DNA from: Patescibacteria group bacterium
GTDB taxonomy: Bacteria > Patescibacteriota > Gracilibacteria > JAHISY01
DNA length: 57,523 nucleotides
NCBI GenBank assembly: GCA_043797545.1
Contig: JAZDPN010000073.1
Coordinates: 1 to 57,523 of the forward strand
Direction of reading: 5' to 3'
The stretch's first letter is position 1. Every line of letters starts with the position of its first letter. This document shows, one piece after another, positions 14,603 to 24,165 of this stretch. The translations under genes and the position numbers were made by a program. The notes below the pieces were generated by a model, which ran no database searches, was not told where the DNA came from, and saw only the letters and a list, made by a program, of their open reading frames with translations.

Positions 14603-17600
14603 AGATCGCGATATTGCTCGAGCGAATCGACAACCAATTTCGCAACCTGCGGATTGACGAACAACGGAATGCCGAAGTCCGTCGCGCGGCGGCGAATCAG
14701 ATAGCCGTTCGTCATTTCCTCGGCTTGATAATTTTTCGGAATATTCACGACCATGCCAATTTGTTTTTGGGCAAAAAGGTCGAGGACGTTTGGCTTCTGC
14801 TTCTCGAGCGGAAAATGCACCAAAGTATTCGCCACACCGTTGTCGGTCAAAAAGCGAGAAGTGCCCGGCGTCGCGAAAAGTTTGAAACCCATCGCGATCA
14901 GTTTTTGCGCGGAGGGGAGGAAGGCCAATTTCGAATCAATCGATCCAGTCGAGATGAGAATATTTTTCTTCGGCAAACGGAAGCCGACCGCGATCTGCGC
15001 TTTGAGAAAAGCTTCGTGCAAATTCTCGCCGAAACACGCGACTTCGCCGGTCGACGCCATCTCGACGCCGAGCGTCGGATCCGCACCTTTGAGCCGCGAG
15101 AAAGAAAACTGCGCGGCTTTCACGCCGACGTGATTGAGGTCGAGAGTTTGGTAGTTTTGTTTCCGCCACGCTTTCGGCGCGACTTTGCCGAGCATCGCCT
15201 CGATCGCGATCGCGATGAAATTGTGCCCGGCAGTTTTGGAAACGAACGGGAACGAGCGGCTAGCTCGTAAATTTAACTCTATGACCGCGACACGATTTTC
15301 TTTCGCGAGAAATTGAATGTTGAATGGGCCAGTGATTTTGAGTTCCGCGGCCAATTTTTTCGCGATAATTTTGATGCGTTTAATCGTCTCGAGATAAGTT
15401 TTTTGCGGCGGCAAAACCAAAGTCGCGTCGCCCGAGTGGACGCCAGCATTTTCGACATGCTCGGAAACCGCGAAAATTACGAGCTTCCCGTCGGCGGCGA
15501 CTCCGTCGAAATCGATTTCGCGCGCGCCTTCTTCAAATTTCGAAATCACGACGGGCGCGTCGGTTGAAATTTTCGTGGCCTTGGCCAGATAATTTTGGAG
15601 CTGCTCGGCGGTGAACGCGACGGACATCGCCGCGCCGGAGAGAACATAACTCGGACGAACGAGCACCGGGTAGCCGACTTTTTTCGCGAATGACATCGCG
15701 TCAGAATTTTGGGTGAACTCGGACCACTGCGGTTGGTCGATCTCGAGCGAATCGCAAAGCTGCGAGAATTTTTCGCGCGACTCGGCGCGGTCGATCGAAA
15801 CCGGGGAAGTTCCGAAAATCGGAACTTTTTCCGCCGCCAATTTTCCGACGAGATTATTCGGAATTTGTCCGCCCGTCGAGACGACGACGCCTTTCGGTTT
15901 CGTGAAATCGAGAATGTCGAGGACGCGCTCGACGGAAAGCTCGTCGAAATAAAGTTGGTCGCAGGAGTCGTAATCCGTCGAAACAGTCTCGGGATTGTAA
16001 TTGATCATGATTGTCTCGAAACCGTTTTTCGCTAAAGTTTGGACGGCGGAGACACAGCACCAATCGAATTCGACGGACGAACCAATGCAGTACGCGCCGC
16101 TTCCCAAAACAACCGCGCGGGGCCGTAGCCCGCCGAAGCTCGAAGAGCGAAGGCCGGGTTTTTTGGAGAATTTAATTTCGTCGCTCGTATCGCCGTGGTA
16201 GGTCAAATAAAGATAATTTGTTTTCGCGGGAAACTCCGCAGCAAAAGTGTCGATTTTTTTGACGACCGGGAGAATACCGAATTTTTTGCGGCGTTTGCGA
16301 ATTTCCAATTCTCCGACGCCCGCACGCCACGCGATTTGCGAATCGGAAAAGCCCAATTTTTTTGCACGGGAAAACTCGTCTTTCGACAATTTTCCTTTTT
16401 GGGCTTTGAGAATGTCGCGCTCGAAGTCGGCGATGTTTTTGCATTTTTCGAGAAACCACTCGTCGATGCCGGTCAGTTTTTTAATTTTTGCGACCGACCA
16501 ACCGTCGCGCAGCGCGCGCGCGATCGCGAAAATTCTTTCCGGCGTCGGCTTGGAAATAACTTTTTCGAGCGAGTCGAATTTGAAATTGGCGTGACTGAAA
16601 CCGTACGCGCCGACCTGCAACATGCGCAGCGCTTTTTGCAAAACTTCCTCGAACGAGCGACCGATCGCCATCACTTCGCCGACCGATTTCATTTCGCTGC
16701 CAATCTCGGCGGAAACTTTACGGAATTTTTGGAGATCCCAGCGCGGGATTTTGAGAACGAGATAATCGAGCGCCGGTTCGAAACACGCGGTCGTGTTGCC
16801 GGTCACCGCATTCGGGACTTCGTCGAGTCTTTTGCCGAGCGCGAGTTTCGCAGCGACATGCGCGAGCGGATAGCCGGTCGCTTTCGACGCGAGCGCGGAG
16901 GAGCGCGACAAGCGCGCATTTACTTCGATCACACGATAATCAATTTTGTGCGGATCGGTCGGATTCGGATGCAGCGCGTATTGAATATTGCATTCGCCGA
17001 CGATGCCGAGGTGTCGAATCACGCGAATCCCGATTTCGCGGAGCGCGTGATATTCGTAATTGTTCAAAGTTTGCGACGGCGCGACGACGATCGACTCGCC
17101 GGTGTGAATGCCGAGCGGATCGAAATTTTCCATGTTACAAACCGTCAAACAGGTGTCGGCGGAATCGCGAACGACTTCGTATTCGATTTCTTTCCAGCCG
17201 CGCAAATCTTCTTCGATCAAAACTTGCGGCGACGCCGAGAACGCGACTTCGAGTAATTTTTTCAGCTCGGCAGGATTTTGAGCGAAGCCCGAGCCTTTGC
17301 CACCGAGCGCGTATGCTGCGCGAACAATCACCGGGAAACCAATTTTTTTGGCGGCGGCGATTCCTTCAGCTTCGTTGCGCACGGCTTGCGCACGCGCGGT
17401 CGTCACTCCAATTTCGTTTAATTTTTTGACGAAAAGTTCGCGGTCTTCGGTCGCCTCGATCGCAGAAATTTGCGTGCCGAGAACTCGAACTTTGTGTTTT
17501 TTGAAAACACCGCGCTTTTCCAGCTCAACTCCGCAATTGAGCGCGGTCTGACCACCGAAAGCTAGCAAAATTCCGTCCGGCTTTTCTTTTTCGATGATCC

Positions 17601-17838
17601 GCTCGACAAAGCGGGGGGTGACCGGGAGGAAATAAACGCGGTCCGCCACCCCGGCTGAAGTTTGATTCGTAGCAATGTTCGGATTGACCAAAATCGTTTC
17701 GATTTTTTCTTCTTTCAGGGCTTTGATGGCTTGACTACCAGAATAATCGAATTCCCCTGCCTCGCCGATTTTTAGAGCGCCAGAACCGAGTACGAGAACC
17801 TTTCGAACTTTCTCCGAATAGGCCTTTTTGAGCTTCAT
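14563..17838 (-). CDS. carB: Carbamoyl-phosphate synthase large subunit
   Basis: Duplicated ATP-grasp architecture: KVLVLGSGALKIGEAGEFDYSG and a second VVLGSGAYCIGSSVEFDWCCV. The C-terminal domain is MGS-like. Length 1091 aa. Confidence 0.9.
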   Translation of the reverse strand: MKLKKAYSEKVRKVLVLGSGALKIGEAGEFDYSGSQAIKALKEEKIETILVNPNIATNQTSAGVADRVYFLPVTPRFVERIIEKEKPDGILLAFGGQTALNCGVELEKRGVFKKHKVRVLGTQISAIEATEDRELFVKKLNEIGVTTARAQAVRNEAEGIAAAKKIGFPVIVRAAYALGGKGSGFAQNPAELKKLLEVAFSASPQVLIEEDLRGWKEIEYEVVRDSADTCLTVCNMENFDPLGIHTGESIVVAPSQTLNNYEYHALREIGIRVIRHLGIVGECNIQYALHPNPTDPHKIDYRVIEVNARLSRSSALASKATGYPLAHVAAKLALGKRLDEVPNAVTGNTTACFEPALDYLVLKIPRWDLQKFRKVSAEIGSEMKSVGEVMAIGRSFEEVLQKALRMLQVGAYGFSHANFKFDSLEKVISKPTPERIFAIARALRDGWSVAKIKKLTGIDEWFLEKCKNIADFERDILKAQKGKLSKDEFSRAKKLGFSDSQIAWRAGVGELEIRKRRKKFGILPVVKKIDTFAAEFPAKTNYLYLTYHGDTSDEIKFSKKPGLRSSSFGGLRPRAVVLGSGAYCIGSSVEFDWCCVSAVQTLAKNGFETIMINYNPETVSTDYDSCDQLYFDELSVERVLDILDFTKPKGVVVSTGGQIPNNLVGKLAAEKVPIFGTSPVSIDRAESREKFSQLCDSLEIDQPQWSEFTQNSDAMSFAKKVGYPVLVRPSYVLSGAAMSVAFTAEQLQNYLAKATKISTDAPVVISKFEEGAREIDFDGVAADGKLVIFAVSEHVENAGVHSGDATLVLPPQKTYLETIKRIKIIAKKLAAELKITGPFNIQFLAKENRVAVIELNLRASRSFPFVSKTAGHNFIAIAIEAMLGKVAPKAWRKQNYQTLDLNHVGVKAAQFSFSRLKGADPTLGVEMASTGEVACFGENLHEAFLKAQIAVGFRLPKKNILISTGSIDSKLAFLPSAQKLIAMGFKLFATPGTSRFLTDNGVANTLVHFPLEKQKPNVLDLFAQKQIGMVVNIPKNYQAEEMTNGYLIRRRATDFGIPLFVNPQVAKLVVDSLEQYRDLELPIKAWDEYLK
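16119..16158. repeat. GC-rich hairpin element related to the murD/PLP hairpins, inside the carB inter-half linker
   Basis: GGGGCCGTAGCCCGCCGAAGCTCGAAGAGCGAAGGCCGGG shares CCGTAGCC..GCCGAAGC..GCGAAGGC with 1868-1896 and 1478-1503. It encodes GLRSSSFGGLRP just before the second GSG motif. Confidence 0.5.
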
Positions 17839-17993
17839 CTGGTGGATTTTAGCGAATTTTTGGGGAAATTCCATAACTTGACAAAAAAACACGATAATTT
17901 CAATAAATGTCTATTTTCATTGAAAAACAAGCCCGATTCTGCTAAAATACCCAGATTCCTTTTCTAAAGGGAGCAAGTTTAAAAAAAATAAAA

Positions 17994-18500
17994 TTGAATC
18001 CCAAAACCCAAACCGCACTCGCCCAAGTCCACCACGGCGAGATTCGCCACACCTTTTACTCGCCTGACTTTTTGGAATATCAGCGCGGCCCGGTCTGGTA
18101 TCTGGTCGCCGGATTTGTCGGCCTGGGAATCATTGCTCTCGGCATCCTGACTCATGCCATTAGTCTGACTCTAGCTTTTCTGACTTTTCTGGGCGTTTAC
18201 TGGCTGATTCACAATCGTGAGCCGAAAATTTTGGAAATCGCGATTACCCAGAATGGTTTTCGTATTGAGGGTGAACCGTTCATTCCTTTCGGCGAAATTA
18301 CCGAATTTTGGTTAATTTACAATCCACCTTTTGTCGCCGACCTGAAATTGCGCATCAAGCAAAGCTGGAACTCCGTGCGCACGATTCACATCTTCGGCCA
18401 AGATCCGGAAGAATTGAGACGCTTGCTCGCACCGCACATCACAGAGGTCTCGAAGGAAGAGGAGTTGAGCGATTTAATCGTGCGCGCTCTCAGACTTTAA
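17994..18500 (+). CDS. Hypothetical membrane protein (2 TM + soluble domain)
   Basis: ORF with a TTG start, two TM helices, and 1 nt spacing to the next gene. Confidence 0.5.
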   Translation: MNPKTQTALAQVHHGEIRHTFYSPDFLEYQRGPVWYLVAGFVGLGIIALGILTHAISLTLAFLTFLGVYWLIHNREPKILEIAITQNGFRIEGEPFIPFGEITEFWLIYNPPFVADLKLRIKQSWNSVRTIHIFGQDPEELRRLLAPHITEVSKEEELSDLIVRALRL

Positions 18501-18501
18501 A

Positions 18502-19956
18502 ATGAGCTATGGAACCCCAAATCTCGAACATCCCCGCTTGACGCGACCGCTTACCGAGTCGCGACAAGACCCTGAAGCCCGCAGAAATCCCGAGGCTGAA
18601 AAGTCTGTCGGCAAACAGCTAGAAGCTCTGAAAGAAGAGGTCGAATCGACTAAACGGGCGCAGGAGTTCGTGGTGAAAAACAGTTTGGATTTGGAAATCG
18701 AAACGCGCATCGGCGCGCTGAGCGCAGCGCCAGATTTCCCTTTTCGCAAAAATATTTACGAACGCATGATGTTCGGACAAAAGTGCATTCTCAAAAATAA
18801 TTTAGTGGCCGGACTGAGAAAGGCCATCGAAAAAAATCGGAAGATTGATGATGCCGAGCTGGAAAAAATTGCCCGGGAGACCATCGAGAATTGGCTGGGC
18901 GAATTGAAAAAACTCGACCGGAATGGTGACAAAAAGATAACCTACACTGAGCTCATTCCAAAAACCAAAGAGGCGAAAGAATTTATCGAGCGCGTTTTCG
19001 TGACCAATGAGTTTTTTGTTGAAATGGAAAACAGTCCGCTCTTCCAAGGTGAGCCGAAAGTCGACGAGAACGTTCCCAAAAAAAGTGCTTTCGTAAAAGA
19101 TTATGTTTCGCGGTTTGCAAAAAGCTTGATTCGGGTCGGAAAAGACGGCCAGACCGTCGAAGCTGTTCCTGGTAGCGGCCTGCAGCTGGGCCAGCTTTTG
19201 CAATCCATCAGCCTAAGCGTAGTCGGAGGGAAATTCTTAACCAATAAGGATTTCGGGAAAGCTTGGGAGGAGCTCAAAACTCAAGATGCGAACGTAGCCA
19301 AAGTTTTCGCCGAAGGCGAAAAGCAAAATGCGCAAGAGAAATTTGAAAAGATGCTCGAAAAAACGAGTGAGCAGATTCGTGCGATGCGAATGGGTGCAGA
19401 TGCCGATCAGCGAAAACTCTTGCAACTAGAAGCGTCCAATCCGCACGGCTTCACCTTGCGAAAGTTTGGCGACATGACCAGCATCATAATGTATTACGGC
19501 TCAAATCTGCTTTTCGCCACGATCGGCGTGAATGCTGTCTTGTCGGGATTCAATCCTGAGGCCATGCTGAAAAATCCAGTCATGTGGGCGATGGCCGCCG
19601 GAATTTTGGCAGCCAAAAAACACCTCAATCCCGAATTCATGAGCGGCACGCCGCCGATTCAGAAAGTCGAACAAAACGAACTGAAAGAGCGCTTCGCGAA
19701 AGCTGCGCCCGCAGTCCAGGAATGGCTGACAAAATTTTCGAAAGGTGACCTCGGGCCGAAAGAGAAAATAGGCAAGCTATTAGCTGAAGAAGGTCGGTAC
19801 GAAATTAATTCAGCCGAAATCGAGAATTTCGTGAAGCCGGAAAATCGACCCGCATCGAAAGTCCTAGCTAATTCGTCTGAGGCGCGCGAACTATTTTTAT
19901 TTTTCCAAGCCTGCCAACAGCGCGACTTTAATCCTAAAAAACTAGCCGATGCCTAA
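18502..19956 (+). CDS. Hypothetical protein with a canonical EF-hand loop and two C-terminal TM helices
   Basis: DRNGDKKITYTE (aa 139-150) fits the 12-residue EF-hand loop. Hydrophobic segments lie at about aa 335-375. Confidence 0.55.
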   Translation: MSYGTPNLEHPRLTRPLTESRQDPEARRNPEAEKSVGKQLEALKEEVESTKRAQEFVVKNSLDLEIETRIGALSAAPDFPFRKNIYERMMFGQKCILKNNLVAGLRKAIEKNRKIDDAELEKIARETIENWLGELKKLDRNGDKKITYTELIPKTKEAKEFIERVFVTNEFFVEMENSPLFQGEPKVDENVPKKSAFVKDYVSRFAKSLIRVGKDGQTVEAVPGSGLQLGQLLQSISLSVVGGKFLTNKDFGKAWEELKTQDANVAKVFAEGEKQNAQEKFEKMLEKTSEQIRAMRMGADADQRKLLQLEASNPHGFTLRKFGDMTSIIMYYGSNLLFATIGVNAVLSGFNPEAMLKNPVMWAMAAGILAAKKHLNPEFMSGTPPIQKVEQNELKERFAKAAPAVQEWLTKFSKGDLGPKEKIGKLLAEEGRYEINSAEIENFVKPENRPASKVLANSSEARELFLFFQACQQRDFNPKKLADA

Positions 19957-21970
19957 ACTCCTCAAGCTTTTCGCGAAAATTTCGCGCTGGATCTTGCCGG
20001 TCGCCGGTTTGTTTTTGATCGGCTTCTTGCTCGCCCAGCCCACTCTAGCGGCAGAGCCAGCCGCGCAAAGAAGTCTGATCGATACTTCGGTAAGCGGATT
20101 GATGGGCATCTTTTCTTTCATAATTATAATTATCGTTTTTCTCTCTTATCTCTTCGCCTTTTTGGCGGGAGACTTGATGGACAGCACCTACATCCTCGAT
20201 AGCGGTATGGGCGATACCCTGCACCTCATTTGGAATGTGATGCGCAATTTTGTAAATATTGCTTTTGTTCTGCTTTTGCTAGTTATCGCCGCACGGGTAA
20301 TCTTCGGCGGAAGCGGTGACAATAAAGGCCTGGGCTTACTAAAGAAGGTTTTGCCTAAGTTTGTGCTTGCGCTTGTTTTGGTGAATCTAACTTTCTTCGC
20401 CGCACGCTTCGTCCTCTCGGCCAATGACGTCATGACGACTGTGATCTTCACGCTCCCGAGAACCGTCTCTGGTGACAAAATGATCAAGATCCCCTGCTCG
20501 GCGACTGATCCGACTACCTGCCGCGACCAAATTTGGCAAAGAATAAAGGGTGATGGTCAAGCGTTAGGAGCAACCAGCGCAGGCAGCACGACTGCAAATG
20601 GTACTGACCCGCAAGCCTCGGCGGACACGAAAGAAAAATTAAAAAAAATGGTTGACTCTCTAATGAGGGGCAGCGTCTACCACCGTATTTCTGACATGGT
20701 CGATCGCAAGAGTGTCACGCTCGTCCTGCTGACGGGTATGCTTGATCTAGAACATCTCGTCTATACCAAAGGCGTGACTGGTGATAGCTGGGACGCGATC
20801 ATCGGCGGACTCGGCGCGATGATCACGGCTGGCGCGATCGGCATAGTGATCTTCATGCTTTTCCTCGCGCTCGTAGTCAGGATGGTCGTGCTGTGGCTCT
20901 GTATCGCCGTCTCACCAGCAGCAGCATTGGCGATGGTCCTATCCGACGTCGTTCCCAAAGCCGACACGAAAAGTTTTGATGTCTTATCGATTTTTCTGAA
21001 GCACGCTTTCATGCCGACGATGGTCGCGATTCCGCTCTCAGTCGGACTGATCATGATCTTCGCGAACAATTCAGTCGATTACAATTACTCTTTGAATTCG
21101 CTCTTTTCGTTTAGTGATTCTGGGCATGCTGGTAATTTCCACGCGATTTTGTGGTGGGTCGCTTCGATCGCGATCATCTGGGTCGGCACGAATAAGATGA
21201 TCTCGGCTTCGAGCGAATACGCCAAGGGTATCACTGAGAAAATCCACGGCGGTGTAAATAAATTCGTCAAAGGTACGGCTGGCTTAGCGGCCTACGCGCC
21301 GATTATTCCGAGCTTCGGAACCACCAAGATGAGCCTTAAAGACGTGGGCAGATTACCGGGCGAGTTCCAAGGAAGGCTAGAGGGCATGAGTCGCGCTGGT
21401 AGAGATGCTGTTGTCAATGAAGTATTTGGTGGGCCTCCGACTCCTCCGCCAGTCAATGATCTGGCTACTAGGGTTCACGCTGATGTAAATGATCCGGCAA
21501 CCAATAACGATCTAGCCGCACGACTGAGAAAGGTGCTGGACTCGTTTACCCAACACGCCAATGGGCGTGGCGATGGTAACGCGAATATCGGTGATCGTCT
21601 TGCTGATGATCTCGCAAGCCTGCCCGGTATGAGGGGGAGAATTAACGGGAACATGACTCTCAACCAAGCCTTGAATGAACTCCGGCAAGCGCATCACAGC
21701 CATGCAGGAGATATTGATCGTGTCTTGGGTTTATTCGCTCAAAATGCACGGCAAGCTAGCGGCAATCCTGCGGTCACCACGCCTGCAGCTCCTGCTGCTA
21801 ACAACCATCCTGCTGGCACTCCAGCTCCTGCTGGTACTCCCGCTGCACCTACACAACCTGCCCCGGCTCCTGCTGGTGCTCCCGCTGCACCTGCTGCACA
21901 ACCTGCCCCGGCTGCTGGTACTCCTCCTCCAGCCGGTAATCCTCCGGCTACCCCAGCTCCAACTAGGTAA
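19949..21970 (+). CDS. Polytopic membrane protein with a Pro/Ala-rich C-terminal tail (TrbL/VirB6-like topology, unverified)
   Basis: Signal/TM at the N-terminus, at least 8 TM helices, and a C-terminal 70 aa of PAxPA repeats. The ATG overlaps the previous stop (ATGCCTAA). Confidence 0.55.
   Translation: MPKLLKLFAKISRWILPVAGLFLIGFLLAQPTLAAEPAAQRSLIDTSVSGLMGIFSFIIIIIVFLSYLFAFLAGDLMDSTYILDSGMGDTLHLIWNVMRNFVNIAFVLLLLVIAARVIFGGSGDNKGLGLLKKVLPKFVLALVLVNLTFFAARFVLSANDVMTTVIFTLPRTVSGDKMIKIPCSATDPTTCRDQIWQRIKGDGQALGATSAGSTTANGTDPQASADTKEKLKKMVDSLMRGSVYHRISDMVDRKSVTLVLLTGMLDLEHLVYTKGVTGDSWDAIIGGLGAMITAGAIGIVIFMLFLALVVRMVVLWLCIAVSPAAALAMVLSDVVPKADTKSFDVLSIFLKHAFMPTMVAIPLSVGLIMIFANNSVDYNYSLNSLFSFSDSGHAGNFHAILWWVASIAIIWVGTNKMISASSEYAKGITEKIHGGVNKFVKGTAGLAAYAPIIPSFGTTKMSLKDVGRLPGEFQGRLEGMSRAGRDAVVNEVFGGPPTPPPVNDLATRVHADVNDPATNNDLAARLRKVLDSFTQHANGRGDGNANIGDRLADDLASLPGMRGRINGNMTLNQALNELRQAHHSHAGDIDRVLGLFAQNARQASGNPAVTTPAAPAANNHPAGTPAPAGTPAAPTQPAPAPAGAPAAPAAQPAPAAGTPPPAGNPPATPAPTR
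21824..21928 (+). repeat. Tandem 42/45-nt coding repeat (Pro/Ala-rich tail)
   Basis: GCTCCTGCTGGTACTCCCGCTGCACCTACACAACCTGCCCCG is followed by GCTCCTGCTGGTGCTCCCGCTGCACCTGCTGCACAACCTGCCCCG and a partial third unit. Confidence 0.85.
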
Positions 21971-22019
21971 AATTGAAGAATCTCTTTCTGCTCGGTAAAA
22001 TCGGAGAAAGATTCTCCTG

Positions 22020-22577
22020 ATGTCCGCCCAAAAAGATTTTTATTCGATTACCCGCGAGGAAGCCGCTGAAAAATTGGGTATTTCGACACGCACGCTCGAC
22101 CGCTATTTGAAGCGCGGAAAATTGAAATTCAAACTCTCGCCGAGTCGGCAAGTTTTGATTCACGCCCAGGATTTGGAAAGGGTCGCGAAAATTTTGGCGA
22201 AAATTCCTGCGCCAAAAAAGGTCAGCCCGAAAGAAAAAACTTTTGCGGCCTCGGCCGAGGCCGAAGCTTTTGAGATCCCAACCGAGGCCGTCGAGGAAAA
22301 AATTTTTCGCGAGCTGTACGAGGAGGCGAATAAGGATTTAAAAGCGAAACAGGAAAAACTTGAAGCAGCGAGCTTCCGCGTCGGTCAGCTCGAGGCGCAG
22401 CTCAAAAGCTCAGTTCCTTTGCTTGAACACAAACAAAAAGAACAGGAGATGCATAGTGAAAATTCACGCCTTAAGGAAAAACTCGTCGGGGCCATCCTGA
22501 AGAGTTGGGTTTTCCTCGGCATAGCCATATTCGCGACGATCGTCGCAGTCGTTTTGGGTTTCTTGAATTATCTGTAA
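22020..22577 (+). CDS. HTH (excisionase/MerR-like) - coiled coil - C-terminal TM anchor protein
   Basis: ITREEAAEKLGISTRTLDRYLKRGKL is an HTH_17-type motif. It is followed by a long coiled coil and a terminal hydrophobic helix. Confidence 0.55.
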   Translation: MSAQKDFYSITREEAAEKLGISTRTLDRYLKRGKLKFKLSPSRQVLIHAQDLERVAKILAKIPAPKKVSPKEKTFAASAEAEAFEIPTEAVEEKIFRELYEEANKDLKAKQEKLEAASFRVGQLEAQLKSSVPLLEHKQKEQEMHSENSRLKEKLVGAILKSWVFLGIAIFATIVAVVLGFLNYL

Positions 22578-22622
22578 ATCACAAGATTCTTAGTCTGGGT
22601 TTCTTGGTTCATGTTCCGCGTC

Positions 22623-24161
22623 TTATTCTTCTTCGGCCTTTTCGATCAGCTCGTGAAAACGAATATACTCGGTCAAGCGCAAGCCTGTGAATTTACCGAG
22701 CATCGCGTCAAAAGCGATGAAGAGAAGGATGATCTCGGAGTGCGCCAACATCAAAGTCTGGAAATCGCTCCACTCGCCGACGACGAGATAGCAGGCTAGG
22801 GAAACGAGCAGCAGCTCGGCAAACATTTGAACTGCGGGCCGAGAACCTTGCTCGCTTTGAATCGAGACGAACTTTTCGGCCAAGGTGCTCATGATGAGCA
22901 TGGGAAAAATCGAGGCAGCGATCAGATCCGCCACGCGGAAGTATGAACCGAATGGCGCAAGCCAAGTCAGTAGCACGATGGAAGCAAAGATCGCGAAAGC
23001 GACGAAGGAAAGGACGATCGCCAGCCGCGGCGTGTAGGCCAAGCGGTAGCGCCGCAAAATTTTGCGGATCAAAACCGAGGAGGCAACCACGACAAGGAGA
23101 ATCGCGATGCCCAGCTTCCAGCCGATTGCCAGGAAAGAAAGTGTCAAAACCGAAGGCGTATAGACTCCGAAAGTCGTGATGCCGATAATCTGCTTGAGAA
23201 AAGCGACCAGCGTCGCGATGACTGGCAGCATCAGCACGAGCAGAATGACGGAAGAGGGTATGCCCGCAGCGATAAGGTAATTGACAAGGAAAGAAAGTGG
23301 CGCCGTCAGAGAAAATTTTTCCAGTCCGGAATCAAGCAAACGAAAAGGAATTGCTTGCTGTTCCAACTTGGTCGCGATCTCGGCTGGATTCTCGGCCAGG
23401 ATAATTTCACGCAGCGCATCTGGCTGGGTCAGTAAAATCTCGCGCGGAGCGAGTGAACCGAACGTACCGCGCGCGATGCGCGCCAGTGAGTCAAGACTTT
23501 CGTCGGAAATCACAACAATCTCTTTGGCGGAAAAATCCAGACGCGGATTGAGCTTCTGGACAAAATTGGTCAGACCATTGAGTCCATCGCTACCGCTCGT
23601 CCAAAGTGCAATCAAATCCGTCGAGCGCAGTGTTTCAAATTTTTCCTGCAGGGCGGCTGTCAGCGTATTTTCCTCGGCGAGAAAACCAGCCTGCTCGTCC
23701 GTCGCCCAGGCCGTCTCGAGTAGAATATTTTTTTCCTTAGCTGCCGCCGCGAGCGCAGCAATCTTATTCTCATAAAGCAGCGAATCTGTCAGCAAAAGAA
23801 TATTTTTTTGAAAAACAAAAAGCGGGAAGCTGGCCTCCGCGGAGTCCCGACCGGACTGCATTTTAAGTTTGATTTCGTAGACTCCAGGCGTGCGAAAAGC
23901 GTGGGAAACTGATTCGCCGCTCGCGATCGAGCCGTCTCCGAAATTCCAGCTGAAAACGGCTGGCCGCTCAGTGAAAGGATTGAGTGAATGGGCCGCCGAG
24001 AATTCAGCGTTCGTCTCAACTTTGACCGACGGATCGGCTGAAATCACGGCCTGCAGCTCCGATTCAGCAGCCTGAGATGAAGCTGCCAAAGCCGGACCAG
24101 CGAGCCAAACCACTGCCAAAAACGCGAGTAAAATCTTTGGGAAAATTCGTTGAAAATTCAT
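22623..24161 (-). CDS. PKD-domain protein fused to a 7-TM membrane domain
   Basis: Signal peptide, PKD motif FSWNFGDGSIASGESVSHAFRTPGVYEIKL, and a C-terminal 7 TM helices. Confidence 0.6.
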   Translation of the reverse strand: MNFQRIFPKILLAFLAVVWLAGPALAASSQAAESELQAVISADPSVKVETNAEFSAAHSLNPFTERPAVFSWNFGDGSIASGESVSHAFRTPGVYEIKLKMQSGRDSAEASFPLFVFQKNILLLTDSLLYENKIAALAAAAKEKNILLETAWATDEQAGFLAEENTLTAALQEKFETLRSTDLIALWTSGSDGLNGLTNFVQKLNPRLDFSAKEIVVISDESLDSLARIARGTFGSLAPREILLTQPDALREIILAENPAEIATKLEQQAIPFRLLDSGLEKFSLTAPLSFLVNYLIAAGIPSSVILLVLMLPVIATLVAFLKQIIGITTFGVYTPSVLTLSFLAIGWKLGIAILLVVVASSVLIRKILRRYRLAYTPRLAIVLSFVAFAIFASIVLLTWLAPFGSYFRVADLIAASIFPMLIMSTLAEKFVSIQSEQGSRPAVQMFAELLLVSLACYLVVGEWSDFQTLMLAHSEIILLFIAFDAMLGKFTGLRLTEYIRFHELIEKAEEE

Positions 24162-24165
24162 ATTT

